Position numbers and translations under genes: made by a program. DNA of 64,000 nucleotides from Flectonema sp. DT1601 (lineage: Eukaryota), in contig OZ025793.1 of NCBI GenBank assembly GCA_964019425.1, positions 992,001 to 1,056,000 of the forward strand, written 5' to 3'. This document shows, one piece after another, positions 37,637 through 49,010 of this stretch. Numbering within the stretch: the stretch's first letter is position 1; every line of letters begins with the position of its first letter. The notes under the pieces were generated by a model. The model saw nothing but the letters and a program-made list of their open reading frames with translations. It did not search any database and was not told the origin of the DNA.

Positions 37637-38935
37637 ATGCGAAGGCTAACAGTTGGAATTGCCATACCAGTTATATTCATGATGCCGCTGGTACTGTCTC
37701 TGTTTTGGATTAGAGAGAAGGATAATTTTGATGAAATATACTCGCAAGAATTGTCCTCAGTAAGCTTTAATTCAACTGCAGATAAGTACTTGTCTTTTGA
37801 GCCTTGGAACGGAGGTTGGAATAATAGGAGAATGTCACTAGAGATGGCCTTCTTGATTTGCTTCTTAACAAATAGAACATTAGTGTTACCACCAAAGAGC
37901 TCAGTACATCACATGGATGCTTCTAGTTACGAAGATTTTTTTAACATCTCAAAAATGATGAAATTCGTATCTGTTGTCAGGTGGTCTGACTACGAAGACA
38001 TGATTCTCTTAAAACGCAGTCGAAAGAGAAAGGTATCCTGCAAGTCACTTTATTCGACTAAAAACACTCTCGGATTTTGTCGTAGAATGAAAGCTGGCAG
38101 AGAAAGATCAGACGCACTTGTTAACTGGAATATTATCAATTCAGTTATTCAGATACCAGCAAACTGCACATCCAATCTGGCTACCCAAAAGGATATAAAA
38201 CTTTTTGCTCCTCGCTTCAATTCATCAAAATACTTGGGTAAAGCTTTTGAGGAGTTGGATATTCATTCTACTGTTCATTTTCCACAGAACTTGTTTGGTC
38301 TTTTTTATACGACTTTTTACTTTTCTGATCGATCTAAGAGGAAGGAAGCTTACAGAGTCGTACGAGACGGGATTCAATTTCGGTCATCTATTCAGTCATT
38401 GGCTAATCAAGTGGTTGATTCACTTGGAGGTCAGAAGTCCTACTCATGTCTTCACGTTAGAAGAGGTGATTTTAAAAAGTCTTATGGATACCTTGACGTA
38501 GGTAACATCGCCCTGAGAGTAAAAGAACAGCTTGCTTCAGTGACATACGTAGCATCTGATGACCTGTCGAAGACTTTTGCTAATGACCTTCAATCAATGT
38601 TAACAAACACAGTAATACGAACGAAATCAGATTTCTCATTTCTTTCAGTTTTTGTTGATCCGATCGAGTTGGGTGTCGTTGAGCAATTGATCTGCTCTCA
38701 AGCTGATATATTTATTGGTACTCGATTTTCAACATTCTCATCTTACATTACGAGACTAAGAGGTTATAATCCTAATATAACTAACAAGGAAATATATCTT
38801 CTTGATGAGCCATACAATACAAAACATCCAAAGAGGCTAAAGGAACATCCATACTCATGGAGACCGTTTACGGGGTATACCTGGTCACGTGAGTTTCACG
38901 AATCGTGGAACATTCCTCAATCTAAAATGGATTAG
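37637..38935 (+). CDS. GDP-fucose protein O-fucosyltransferase-like glycosyltransferase (type II membrane)
   Basis: N-terminal TM segment; GGWNNRRM..LTNRTLVLP, YSCLHVRRGDF, YVASDD and EQLICSQADIFIGTRFSTFS are O-FucT (GT-B) motifs. Confidence 0.9.
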   Translation: MRRLTVGIAIPVIFMMPLVLSLFWIREKDNFDEIYSQELSSVSFNSTADKYLSFEPWNGGWNNRRMSLEMAFLICFLTNRTLVLPPKSSVHHMDASSYEDFFNISKMMKFVSVVRWSDYEDMILLKRSRKRKVSCKSLYSTKNTLGFCRRMKAGRERSDALVNWNIINSVIQIPANCTSNLATQKDIKLFAPRFNSSKYLGKAFEELDIHSTVHFPQNLFGLFYTTFYFSDRSKRKEAYRVVRDGIQFRSSIQSLANQVVDSLGGQKSYSCLHVRRGDFKKSYGYLDVGNIALRVKEQLASVTYVASDDLSKTFANDLQSMLTNTVIRTKSDFSFLSVFVDPIELGVVEQLICSQADIFIGTRFSTFSSYITRLRGYNPNITNKEIYLLDEPYNTKHPKRLKEHPYSWRPFTGYTWSREFHESWNIPQSKMD

Positions 38936-39632
38936 TTTTTCCGTCACGAAAGTAACTCTTACTCAATGAGTTCCTTTTATTTGCCTTGAAAGGCTTTGGT
39001 TCATTTACAACTGTTCTTTTCTTTTGTGATTTGTTCCGTTTTTTCTTTTTTCTTCTGCTTCTTCTTCGCATCTTTTTATTGTCATAATACTATCGAATGG
39101 ATTAATTTTACGAGTGGGGTGGGAAATAATTGAAAAGCCATTCTCAGTGTGTGTGAGAAGATCTCACATTCAGGACTACTGAATCAGTTGTTTCCATGGT
39201 TGAATTCTAATATATATTTGTGTAGCCTGCTGGTATCGGAACACTTCGCTAGTACTAATAGTGTGTTATAATTTGCACCTCTGCTAAGCGTGTGACCAAA
39301 AAGTTTCTGTTTTTTTTTGCCACATTCTCGTTTGCAATATAATTGTGATACTGGTGGACCAGGTAAACAGTTGACACTAAGGATGATGGGGAAAAATAAT
39401 TTTTCCACATTATTATTATTATTATTTTTTTTTTTTGAAAAAAAAAAGATTTTATACCTCTTACGACGACAACAACGACAAAATTAGTCGTAAAATATGA
39501 AACAATAATATATTGTGGGGGTTGGTATTCCTTTTTAACCGGAATTTTAGACTCACACGAAAGTAAAACATTCTTGCCAATGAGGAAAGTATTAGTTCTC
39601 ATCTTATTAATCACTTACTGCAGCAATACAAT

Positions 39633-40646
39633 ATGATATCTGATTCAAACGGTAAGAAGGTAGCATGGAGAAAGAAAAACAGATGTCTAAAAAACGACAC
39701 CGATAGAGAAACAGCCGTCAGACGTTTTGCTACAGCTTGCATAAGGTCTGAGCAAACATCAATAGCAGAAAGATGTCCTCAGGGTATCGTTTTAGAGAAT
39801 CTTGGTAGTGATACACCTCCACCTACGCCAGAAACAAACGCATTAACGTCACCTGGTGAAGTCGAAATTGACGGATGCAATGTATCAATCCAAGCAACCA
39901 TGACTACCCCATTAGTAGAAACCGCTGTTGACGCCTACGACATAGGTCAATTAGACTTCGAGGGAACGTTATTAGAAATATGTGCAAAACAAAAGCTCAA
40001 TGAGACGCTAATTACCAGGGAATGTGCTCGTGCCGATCGAGCTGAACAGGAATTACAGAGACTGAAGACTGTTTTATCAGAACATTCGTCGATGCTTGCT
40101 GTTAGTAATCAAACAGCAATACATGTCCTTCCAATTCAACAACAGATGGTTAAAACTTTTACGAGTGAAAAACAAAAAATCTTAGAAAAAATATCTGAAA
40201 TGGAATCACTATGCTTGGCTGTCTCAGCCGCAGGCAAGACAAAGAGCCCTGTGAATCAACCTGTTGGACAGCCTACGGTTGAGTTGAGAAATCATTTATA
40301 TGATGATAGAAATGTTGAACTTAGGGATTTTAAGAACTACTTATCACCGAGAAATATAAAAACTTTTAATGACATAAACATCAACGTTACAGCGAATCGA
40401 ACTTCTTTTGAAAAGAAACCATCGCAAGTTGCTTCTCCGAGACGTCCCTTATTATCAAGTCCCACAGAACTTTTACATCGAATGACACATCACCAGATAC
40501 CAGTTAGTAATAAACATGACTACAATAAGCATCAACAAACTACTTCTAAACAACTACTTTTAACACCTGAATTTGTATCAGCACATACATCTGCAAATAA
40601 ATTTAATCACCACTGGAGACTGAAAGCTTTCCCTGAAATGACATAG
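39633..40646 (+). CDS. Hypothetical coiled-coil protein (337 aa)
   Basis: Intact ORF following a CTGCAG acceptor, with a heptad-like central segment. Confidence 0.65.
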   Translation: MISDSNGKKVAWRKKNRCLKNDTDRETAVRRFATACIRSEQTSIAERCPQGIVLENLGSDTPPPTPETNALTSPGEVEIDGCNVSIQATMTTPLVETAVDAYDIGQLDFEGTLLEICAKQKLNETLITRECARADRAEQELQRLKTVLSEHSSMLAVSNQTAIHVLPIQQQMVKTFTSEKQKILEKISEMESLCLAVSAAGKTKSPVNQPVGQPTVELRNHLYDDRNVELRDFKNYLSPRNIKTFNDININVTANRTSFEKKPSQVASPRRPLLSSPTELLHRMTHHQIPVSNKHDYNKHQQTTSKQLLLTPEFVSAHTSANKFNHHWRLKAFPEMT

Positions 40647-40909
40647 TAATGTAGCGGCGTTTTATTCTTAGATTTGTATACTTTTATTATTGTACCTGTA
40701 CTTTTTTTTTTTTTTTTTTTTTTTTGAGTTAGTTGGTTTTCAGAATTAGTAACATAATTTCAGATACACAAATTAATTGTCAGATAATTAGTTACGGAAA
40801 AAAAATGATCTAATCGCACTGCCTGTTTCAATTACTGCTGATTGACAACCATTATATAATTTCTATTTCCAACCAGACCACTCCAACGTATTCCAAAACT
40901 CAAATCAAA

Positions 40910-41368
40910 ATGATGTTTCAATTGTTCGTTAGCGTCTTCGCCGTCGCAGTTGTGTCGGGTGCCTCTGCCAATGTGAACTGCAACGCAATCCACGACTCGC
41001 TTCCTTGTCTGCAAGCACACTGCACATACTCATTCATATCTAATGCTTGTTATAATAATACTATTCAGCATTCATGTGGTGAGATACCCGGGCGTGGTGT
41101 CCTTTGTTCAATGACGCAGAAATGTTGTGGAGGAAATGCGAGTCTAGACACAGCGAAGTGCGTCAACCCAGGTGAGTCTTGCTGCAGTGGACAGAGAAGC
41201 ACGGTAGTCTGTGCTGCGAGTGACACCTGCTGCACTTCGGGGAACAGCTATGGCGGAACTTGTTACAACATCAACACTGAAATCTGCTGCACTCCACCAA
41301 GCATGACTACTGGGTACCCATGGTACTGTCCTATTGGTAAGAGGTGTTCTTATGAGACCTGTATCTAA
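40910..41368 (+). CDS. Secreted Cys-rich protein, paralog 1 (152 aa, 20 Cys, CC repeats)
   Basis: Signal peptide, repeated C-x5/6-CC motifs and an adjacent paralog. Confidence 0.85.
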   Translation: MMFQLFVSVFAVAVVSGASANVNCNAIHDSLPCLQAHCTYSFISNACYNNTIQHSCGEIPGRGVLCSMTQKCCGGNASLDTAKCVNPGESCCSGQRSTVVCAASDTCCTSGNSYGGTCYNINTEICCTPPSMTTGYPWYCPIGKRCSYETCI

Positions 41369-41450
41369 GATCGTGGTAGTATATTTTACACATCGTAATA
41401 ATTATTCCTCTCTCTCTCTCTTGTCACTTACCTGTGAAAGGTCTTCAAAT

Positions 41451-41760
41451 GAATGTCGCAGCACCACTTTGTTCTGTTTCGCCCAGGGTGCTCCTTTTGT
41501 TTTGCCTGCCAAAGTTCTTATTTATTTCTGTTCCTCTTTAGACTAACACCTTTGAATAACTCGTGTTACTCGTTTGTGAGCATATCTCGAAGGCGAATGC
41601 AGCAACACCGACTTGCTCTGTTTCGCCCGTGGTGCTCCTTTAGTTTGTGCGTCGGAATTCTTATCCGCATCTTTTCTCAAATTAATTGAAATTCTATTCC
41701 TCTTTAATCCGATCCTTGGCGCCTGTGAGTAACTCTTGTTATTCGTTTTGGAGCCTTTTC
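41451..41760. repeat. Imperfect tandem duplication between the Cys-rich paralogs
   Basis: GCAGCA..CAC..TTG(T/C)TCTGTTTCGCCC..GGTGCTCCTTT at ~41458 and ~41599; TAACTC(G/T)TGTTA(C/T)TCGTTT at ~41556 and ~41730. Confidence 0.7.
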
Positions 41761-42102
41761 TTCTGAGAATCGGAGGAAGCCAATTTGTTGATAGATGCAA
41801 AGCGTTTGTTTCATCTCGCGATACCTCCTCTCATCATTTCACATCAATTCCATCACCGGAGCATCTCGCAAAACCTGCTGATTGGTGATACGGTGGTTTG
41901 GTAACGTGAGTTATGTTTCTTTTATTGCATTGAACTTAGAACTCAAATTATAATTACTTACACTTCAGGTACCGCCAGCCAAGGTCGAGGGAGTTTGCAT
42001 TGGGTGTACTGTAGTTACTTATCATATTAAGTGTTGGTTCGCAGATCCATTATTTCTATTTCCAACCAGACCACTCCAACGTATTCCAAAACTCAAATCA
42101 AA

Positions 42103-42561
42103 ATGATGTTTCAATTGTTCGTTAGCGTCTTCGCCATCGCAGCTGTGTCGGGTGCCTCTGCCAATGTGAACTGCAGCACAATCCATGAGCCGGATGTTTG
42201 TACGAAATCAAACTGCACATACTCATACATGGCTAATGCTTGTTATAATAATACTATTCAGCATTCATGTGGTGAGGAAGCTGGACACGGTATCCTTTGT
42301 TCGATGAAGCAGAAATGTTGTGGAGGAGACTGGATTGAGGACACAGCGAAGTGCCTCAACCCAGGTGAGTCTTGCTGCAGTGGACTGAGACACACAACAG
42401 TCTGTGTTGTGGGTGACAGTTGTTGTTCCTCGGAAAGTAGCGTCTCAGGAACTTGTTACAACAAGAAGACAAGTGTCTGTTGTACTCCTCCATCCATGAG
42501 TGCAGCGTACCCATGGATTTGTCCTGCTGGTAAGAAGTGTGGTGATGAAACTTGTGTATAA
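42103..42561 (+). CDS. Secreted Cys-rich protein, paralog 2 (152 aa)
   Basis: Colinear with 40910-41368 with all Cys conserved; the ~50-nt 5' leader is identical. Confidence 0.85.
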   Translation: MMFQLFVSVFAIAAVSGASANVNCSTIHEPDVCTKSNCTYSYMANACYNNTIQHSCGEEAGHGILCSMKQKCCGGDWIEDTAKCLNPGESCCSGLRHTTVCVVGDSCCSSESSVSGTCYNKKTSVCCTPPSMSAAYPWICPAGKKCGDETCV

Positions 42562-43435
42562 GTATTTTGGATTGCTCTCTCATAGTCTCCATTAAGTATT
42601 CAGTTATGATAAAGTGTAGTAAGATTGACAAATGTCTCTTTAGCTACTGACCCTGAGTACTGTCCCTTCCCAATTGAGATGTATTTGTATTAGTATGAAT
42701 ATGCTTGATAGTAATCTCCCCCAACGTGGTGTTTGAATGACGTGTGTTTCTGAGAAAGTGTTGTCTCTGCGGAATTCTGTCGGTATTATACTGAAGATGT
42801 TCATGTGTTACGAATAGCATTCTAGTTTCAGATATTAATTATTTAATGTCTCACATGCTAGTTATCAATTATCGAAAAAAAAAAAAAAAAAAAACGTTTT
42901 AACGCAGAAAGTTTATCATTGCGCGTGAGCGTCTGTCAGTAGTCGCTTTTCATTATTTCCCTTTTTAGTAGACAAGTCGTACTTTATTTGAAACATTTAA
43001 GTTGATGAGTGCCGAGTGTTGCGCAATCCAGAACGTTGATGTCTAGACGCAGTCTTTGTTTCCTGTCAACTACTTGATAAGAGTAGAAGAGGATTCTTAT
43101 GTAAATTTCTCGACTGCAATTTTTTAAGTGACGGGGACTCTGACATAGTGTTCTACTTTCATGTTCTCCTCCTCTATTTTCCCACATCAATGCCACTGAC
43201 GGATTCACTCCGTTCTCACCGAAATACAAATATTGACGTGGTAGTGAATTGATCACGTGTGATTTTATTTTTTTATTTTTATTTTATTTAGTATTCCTCA
43301 TACGGTAAAATAGTTATTATTTCCTTTTTACAGGTACATTGCGAGTATAGTTTGATTTGCTTTTCTGATTCATTTTTATTTATTTATTTTTTAAAAAATT
43401 TCTTTTCCTATTAACAAAGGTTGCAAAAAAAAGAA

Positions 43436-46018
43436 ATGTCAATTTCGTTTAACGACTTAGAAATCCGAGTGACGGATCCAACAAAAAACGATGACCATAT
43501 TATATATAAGATTTCCATAAGAGGTATGATTTTCCCCCCCAGCTTTTAATAATTCAGTTATCTAACAAAACGAAAAAAAAAAAAAAAAATAAACAAAACA
43601 GACGAATCCAGAGGACTCGTACTTCATTCTGTATATCGCAGATTTCGTCAGTTTGAAGAAGTCTTCAAAGCGCTGAAGGCAAAGAACCTTCAACCACCAC
43701 TACCTGACTTACCACCAAAGAAAACATTCGGAAAGTTTGATGCGAAATTTTTAGAAACCAGACGTAAGATACTAGAACAGTATTTAGGAAGAATAAAAGA
43801 AAACAAGTACTTAGTCAGAACTGTGGAGTTTAGATGTTTAATCGGATACGACGAAATGGAACGAAGGTTATTAGAGCAGACTAGATCTAAAAAGAAGAAG
43901 AAGAATCTTCCAAAAAAGATTCGCGTAGATCCCTCAGCCCATCCTGGATACCCTGTGAGAGTTCCTCAGGATGAGGATCTGACTCACTTACAAAGATATC
44001 TTCGTAATGCGGAGTTTTCGTTAGTTAAGCCGCTACCAAATCTTAGCCCAAATCCAACGAAGTCCCACTTTCTTGTTAAAGGAGGCGAAGAAACATTTGT
44101 TATGTCTGTCGGCATTCGTCGAATCGTCGGCATGGAAATCGTATCAGAAAAACATCGCCGTCGTTTTTCATCTTTTGTAACAAGTCTTAACGATACTAGC
44201 AGTCCTTTTATTCACTCGGCTGTTAGCGCTGATTTCGACCTGAATGCTGGTCGATCCTTCGTAGTCCGATCCCGAGTAAAACACGGATCCTTGAGAGACT
44301 ACATCAGCAATAAAGCAGAATGGAGCGATAAGGCAGAGACCAAAGCTGGAAGAAAGAAGGCCCCAATCAAAGACTCAGAAATTGCTTATTTTGGAAAACA
44401 AATTCTAATCGCTGCGCAGACTTTTGAAGAGAGTGGTATTCCATGTCCGCAATTGACTATTGGTATGCTGATTTTATGTTTCAATCTTTTGAAAAAAAAA
44501 AAAAAAAAAAAAAGAATGTCTTATTGTTGGACACTAAAAATAAAATAATAAAAAAAACAGGAAACATTCTCGTCGGCTCCAAGCAACTCATTCAAATCAG
44601 TGATTGGGAAGACATACTACTCGGACTAACAAAGCTTCCTATGCTCCATATGCCTGGTGACCTAAGTGAGAGAACGTCACCGTATTTGCTACAGGCTGGT
44701 GTAGTTCTTTTAGAAATGGCAAGGGGCGAAGATGTTCCCATTCGACTCAGAAGAATGATGATGGCATGTCAAGGTGACCTATTCAACACAGAAGTTAGCA
44801 TAGAACCTGAAGAAGGTTTGTTTTTATCAAATACTAAACCTTTAGTTATAACGTATCCTCAAATCAATATACAGTCAGAAAAAAAAAAACAAAAACAGAG
44901 GAATCAGAATTGCGTTTCGCCTTCCCAGTCGACTTCACTAAGATGAAACTTCCAAAAGGATTAGCAGAAGTTTTAAAAACAATATTCGACCCTGAGCAGT
45001 GTGTTGCCTTTGAAGATATTCTCGCAATGCCATTCTTCAGAAGTGTTAAATTCAAGGTATGCGATGTTCTTTATTATTACAATTCAGTTCAAGCAGTTGA
45101 ACATTATCTGTCGTATAACAATTACCCCAACAGGAGCCGATTAAGATGGCTGCCGACACCATCCCTCGTGTGAGAGTAAAATCGAAGGACTTGGAAGCCG
45201 TGAGGGAAGCAGCTGATAATTGGCACGCTCGTCTCGTAAAGGAACAGGAAGGTGAAGATGATGAACCTAGCAGTCCAAAAGAAAAGAAGCCAAAGAAGGA
45301 AAAAAGGAGCAAGAAGGGGGCAGCTTCTCCAAGTGGTGGGCCTCCACCGCCTCCACCTGGCGGCCCGCCTGGTGCGCCACCCCCACCTGGTGTTCCTGGT
45401 GCTCCGCCTCCACCGGGTGGTCCACCTGGTGTACCGCCACCACCTGGTGGCGCTCCTCCGCCTCCTGGTGGTATGCCTCCACCGCCACCTGGCGGAATGC
45501 CGCCGCCACCACCAGGCGGAATGCCGCCACCGCCACCTGGAGGAATGCCACCTCCACCGCCTGGTGGTATGCCGCCACCTCCACCGGGTGGTCCTCCACC
45601 AGTTCCGGGTGGTGGTCCGCCACCGGTGCCAGGCGCCCCTGGAGGTGCTCCCCCACCACCTGGAGGTCCACCGCCAGTGCCTGGTGGTGCCCCTCCTCGT
45701 CCACCAGGTGGAGCTCCTCCTCCACCACCTGGCGGTGCTCCTCCTCCACCACCTGGAGGTCCACCACCAGCTCCTGGTGGCGCTCCTCCTCCACCGCCAG
45801 GTGGTGCTCCACCTCCACCGCCACCGCCACCCGGTGGAAAAATGCCAGCTGGAACTCCTGCACCACAGGTATGTTTTTAGTTAAAGAAGACAGACTAATG
45901 TCTAATAAGCATTACCATCTTTATCATACAATAAATCAACATAATAAAACAGGACGGTAGGGGTGCCCTGTTAGACGCAATTCGAAAGGGTAATCACTTG
46001 ACATACAAGGGAGGCTAA
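43436..46018 (+). CDS. PXK: PX-domain kinase-like protein: PX, pseudokinase, polyproline, WH2 (~720 aa, 6 exons)
   Basis: Introns 43524-43601, 44463-44560, 44816-44898, 45057-45133 and 45869-45952 all keep frame. PX (VYRRFRQF..LPPKKTFG..LETRRKILEQYL), kinase-like region (HGSLRDYI..FGKQIL) lacking HRD/DFG, GG(M/A)PPPPP repeats, and terminal WH2 GRGALLDAIRKG. This is the PXK/Slob architecture. Confidence 0.85.
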
Positions 46019-46461
46019 AGAAGGAATCCTTTCGGATAACTGGTATCAATAAGACAGAAGTATCTCCGATATTTTATTGGTGACGTACACGTAGTAGTTC
46101 TTTAAATAAGTACTAATAAAGCATTCTGGCATTGGTCAGGATTGGGCGTCAATGTTTCGCCGGTTTCTTTTTTTTTTTCTCTTCTCGGTTTTCTCTGCAA
46201 TCCTTTCCTTTCTTTAGTGATAAAATAGATGTTTGCAACGAATAAAGAAGCAAACAGGTTGAACAATCTAAGAATATTTTTGTATTTTACGCAACCAAAT
46301 CAATTAGACGAATCTCCAAAAACTCACGTAGAACGACGTATGCTGCTGTTCGTTTGTATTTTCTTTTAGTATCTATTGATTTCCACGCCCTTTTTAATTG
46401 ATTTGTGTAAGGGAGAATGATTTTACTTTTCCGTGTGACTGTATTCTTGTTATGAGTATTT

Positions 46462-46508
46462 GGTCCGTCGCAGTTATGACCATAAACTGACTGTCATCTT
46501 ACCTGATC
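46462..46508 (+). other. 47-nt conserved dispersed element (putative pseudoknot), copy 1
   Basis: 43/47 identical to 54730-54776. Confidence 0.75.
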
Positions 46509-46622
46509 TGAGCTTCATATGTGTTTCACCTTCTCTCGGGTATGGGGCGCTCAACCTGTATTATGTGGCCCCCGAATCCCATTTTTTACAGCACGTATGG
46601 GATTTTTTACATCAGCAAGCAT

Positions 46623-46660
46623 GTTTGGCCATTTTAGTTTTAGCCAGTTTCAAGTTGCTT
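46623..46660. repeat. Short dispersed repeat, second copy at ~48082-48127
   Basis: GTTTGGCC...ATTTTAGTTTTAGCCAGTTT(C/G)AAGTTGCTT occurs at both sites. Confidence 0.75.
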
Positions 46661-47574
46661 CAAAGTTACCTCCCAAAAAAAAAAAAAAAAAATGAATAAA
46701 TTTGTCAGAAAATATACTGTATGGATTGTAAGCAAACATCTGGTCGAGTGAATAAAAAGGAAAAAAAAAAAAAAGACAAAAGGGTTTTTTTTTGAGAAAG
46801 TTTCTAGGAATCTTACTTCTGATTTTATATTGAATTCAGTTGGCAACCAGAAAGAGAGAGAGAGAGAGTTTATCTTTTCTCATTTTATTATAAACTCTTC
46901 CGCTTGTGTTTTCTTTCTCCAATTAGTTTTCAGCTTTAATCGCGTTGTCATTTTGGGTTTATAAAAACTACTGACATCCTTTTTAGGTTGAATTCAGATA
47001 AGAAACGCATATGGTGCTCTTATTGTGTCTCACTCACAGAATTCAATTGGTACGATCTCGGCATCAAATAAGTCTCTGTTGGTATCCCCACATCGCTCAT
47101 AAGTCTCACGCTTTTTAAAAAAAACAAAAAAAAAAAAAAAAAACCCCTATCCTTTTTACGGTTGTTGATCCTCGTTATTTTTGTGAAAAAAAAATTTGGT
47201 GCTTAGTGAAGTGGAAAAATTCTTCTTCTTTTTTTCGTTTTTTTTTTTTTTTTTTTTTCCCTCGTCTTTTGAGTGGTTTTCTCCAGCCAAAATAGTATTT
47301 CTTTGCAAAAAAAAAAAAAAAACAGTATTGTAGGGATAAAGGAAATCAAGCGCGAAGGCGAAAATAATTATTACGACTTGTTATTCGTGGTAATGTGTTT
47401 TATTGTGATGTTTTCTTTCATTCTTTTTTTTTTTCCCCCCTTCTTTTTCTTGTTGTTATCGTTGTTGTTGATGTTGTTTGCTACGTAGTTTCAGTCAGGC
47501 ATTTATTTTTCTCTCAATTATTGTACGTATTATCCATTATTAAACATAACCTATGCTACAGAATTATTATTAAA

Positions 47575-47874
47575 ATGTCACAACGGGTTGTAGAAGAGCA
47601 ACTCCGCGTTCTCGAAGGTGATGTAAAGGAAAAGCGAAAGAGAAACAAGAGAGACACAACCTCTGGAGTCGTGAAGGTCTCAAAAAAGAATGACTGGGAA
47701 AGTGTAAAAAGTGAAGTAAACATGGAAGGCAGAATTGAGAAGTTAAAAAAGAAGCGAGACGTTGATAAACGAGTAAAACAGAACATTGAAACGTTAACAA
47801 AAGTAACAGTCTCTAAAGGAATCGTGCAAAGAGAAATGGCTGAAGCACTTGCCCTGTTGCAAGGTACGAAGTAG
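47575..47874 (+). CDS. Small basic Lys-rich hypothetical protein (99 aa)
   Basis: ATG follows a CTACAG acceptor; charged, coding-like composition. Confidence 0.6.
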   Translation: MSQRVVEEQLRVLEGDVKEKRKRNKRDTTSGVVKVSKKNDWESVKSEVNMEGRIEKLKKKRDVDKRVKQNIETLTKVTVSKGIVQREMAEALALLQGTK

Positions 47875-48174
47875 TCGCAACCCTCCTCTTTGCGCGGATT
47901 ATGTTATTTATAGCAACTGTGGCCTGAGCCACAAGTTAATATGTCAAATCAAAGGTGAGTAGAAAAAAACTGTTTGACAATTGTAAAAGATTCTCCGTAA
48001 GAGTTTTTGCCTTGTTTACTTTTGCTTTAAAAGAAACCAAAAGAAAATACTCACCCATTGATTTTCTTATATTGCAACCAGGTTTGGCCGAACCCCTATT
48101 TTAGTTTTAGCCAGTTTGAAGTTGCTTTCCATTTAATATTAGTATCAAGTTATCACCCACGTATCATACCCTAG

Positions 48175-48742
48175 ATGATCATCTGTCGTTCTGTTTTATT
48201 ATTATTTGTTACGACGTTATCAGCAACATCTCTAAGTACGTTGTGGTCATCAGTGCAGTGATTTTTGAATAATAATTTTTTGATTTCTAAACAGCTTTCC
48301 CAAATCAGTTTATTAGATTATTTACTAATGTTGTAGTCAACGAAAATCAGTTACACATTACACATTATGCCTGCTATACATTCAAATAGTGGTGGATTTG
48401 AACCAGTTACGTTTGCTGGATCACCGACTGTTTTTGGATCTGGAGGGTATGTTTGTACTATTTGATGGTATTTCATCACAAGATTTTCTGTAAATACTAC
48501 CAACAGATCCTATCAATGGACTGGTAAGAAGGAATGCGGAGTAGACACTGAAACCCTCGATAACGTTTGCAGCTACCACTTGACTCAACAGGTACTGTAC
48601 TTGCTGTTTAAAACGTTTCTATTCTCTACAAGCATTATTATTCCTTTTTTTCAAACAGGGACCCGAAGTCGACATTACCACACAGAGTGGACTAGTTGGG
48701 GGAGCTCAACCCATTAGTTATTCATCGTGCATGAAACGATAA
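48175..48742 (+). CDS. Small multi-exon, probably secreted protein missed by the ORF track (5' exon structure uncertain)
   Basis: Signal-peptide-like exon at 48175. From ATG 48367, introns 48447-48506 and 48592-48658 give an uninterrupted frame ending ...ISYSSCMKR*. Confidence 0.55.
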
Positions 48743-49010
48743 GTTTTTACACCCGTTCAATGATGGACTGCAACCATTATTATGTCAGCCAAAAAAAAAA
48801 GCTTCTTTTTTTTTTGTTGTTGTCAACTTTTTTTTAATTCTTTAACTTTTTTTTTTTGTAACCATTCTGCGTTTACAGGCAATTATACGTTCAGAACCAA
48901 AATATAAGTGTTGGTAGGTAGTTTGGGATGTTTTTTTTTTTAAAAAATTTTTTTATTATAGTTTACTAACTTTACTTTATAATTGGTAACGCAGTATTCA
49001 CATCAACAAA

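Noticed and set aside
45252..45884. Alternative-frame and antisense ORFs over the polyproline region
   Set aside because: Shadows of the GC-rich Pro/Gly repeat.
46476..46490. SECIS or 5S rRNA identity for the 47-nt element
   Set aside because: The second copy has ACGA instead of ATGA and the stem is too short for SECIS; similarity to the 5S 5' end is limited to ACGACCATA and ACCTGATC with wrong spacing.
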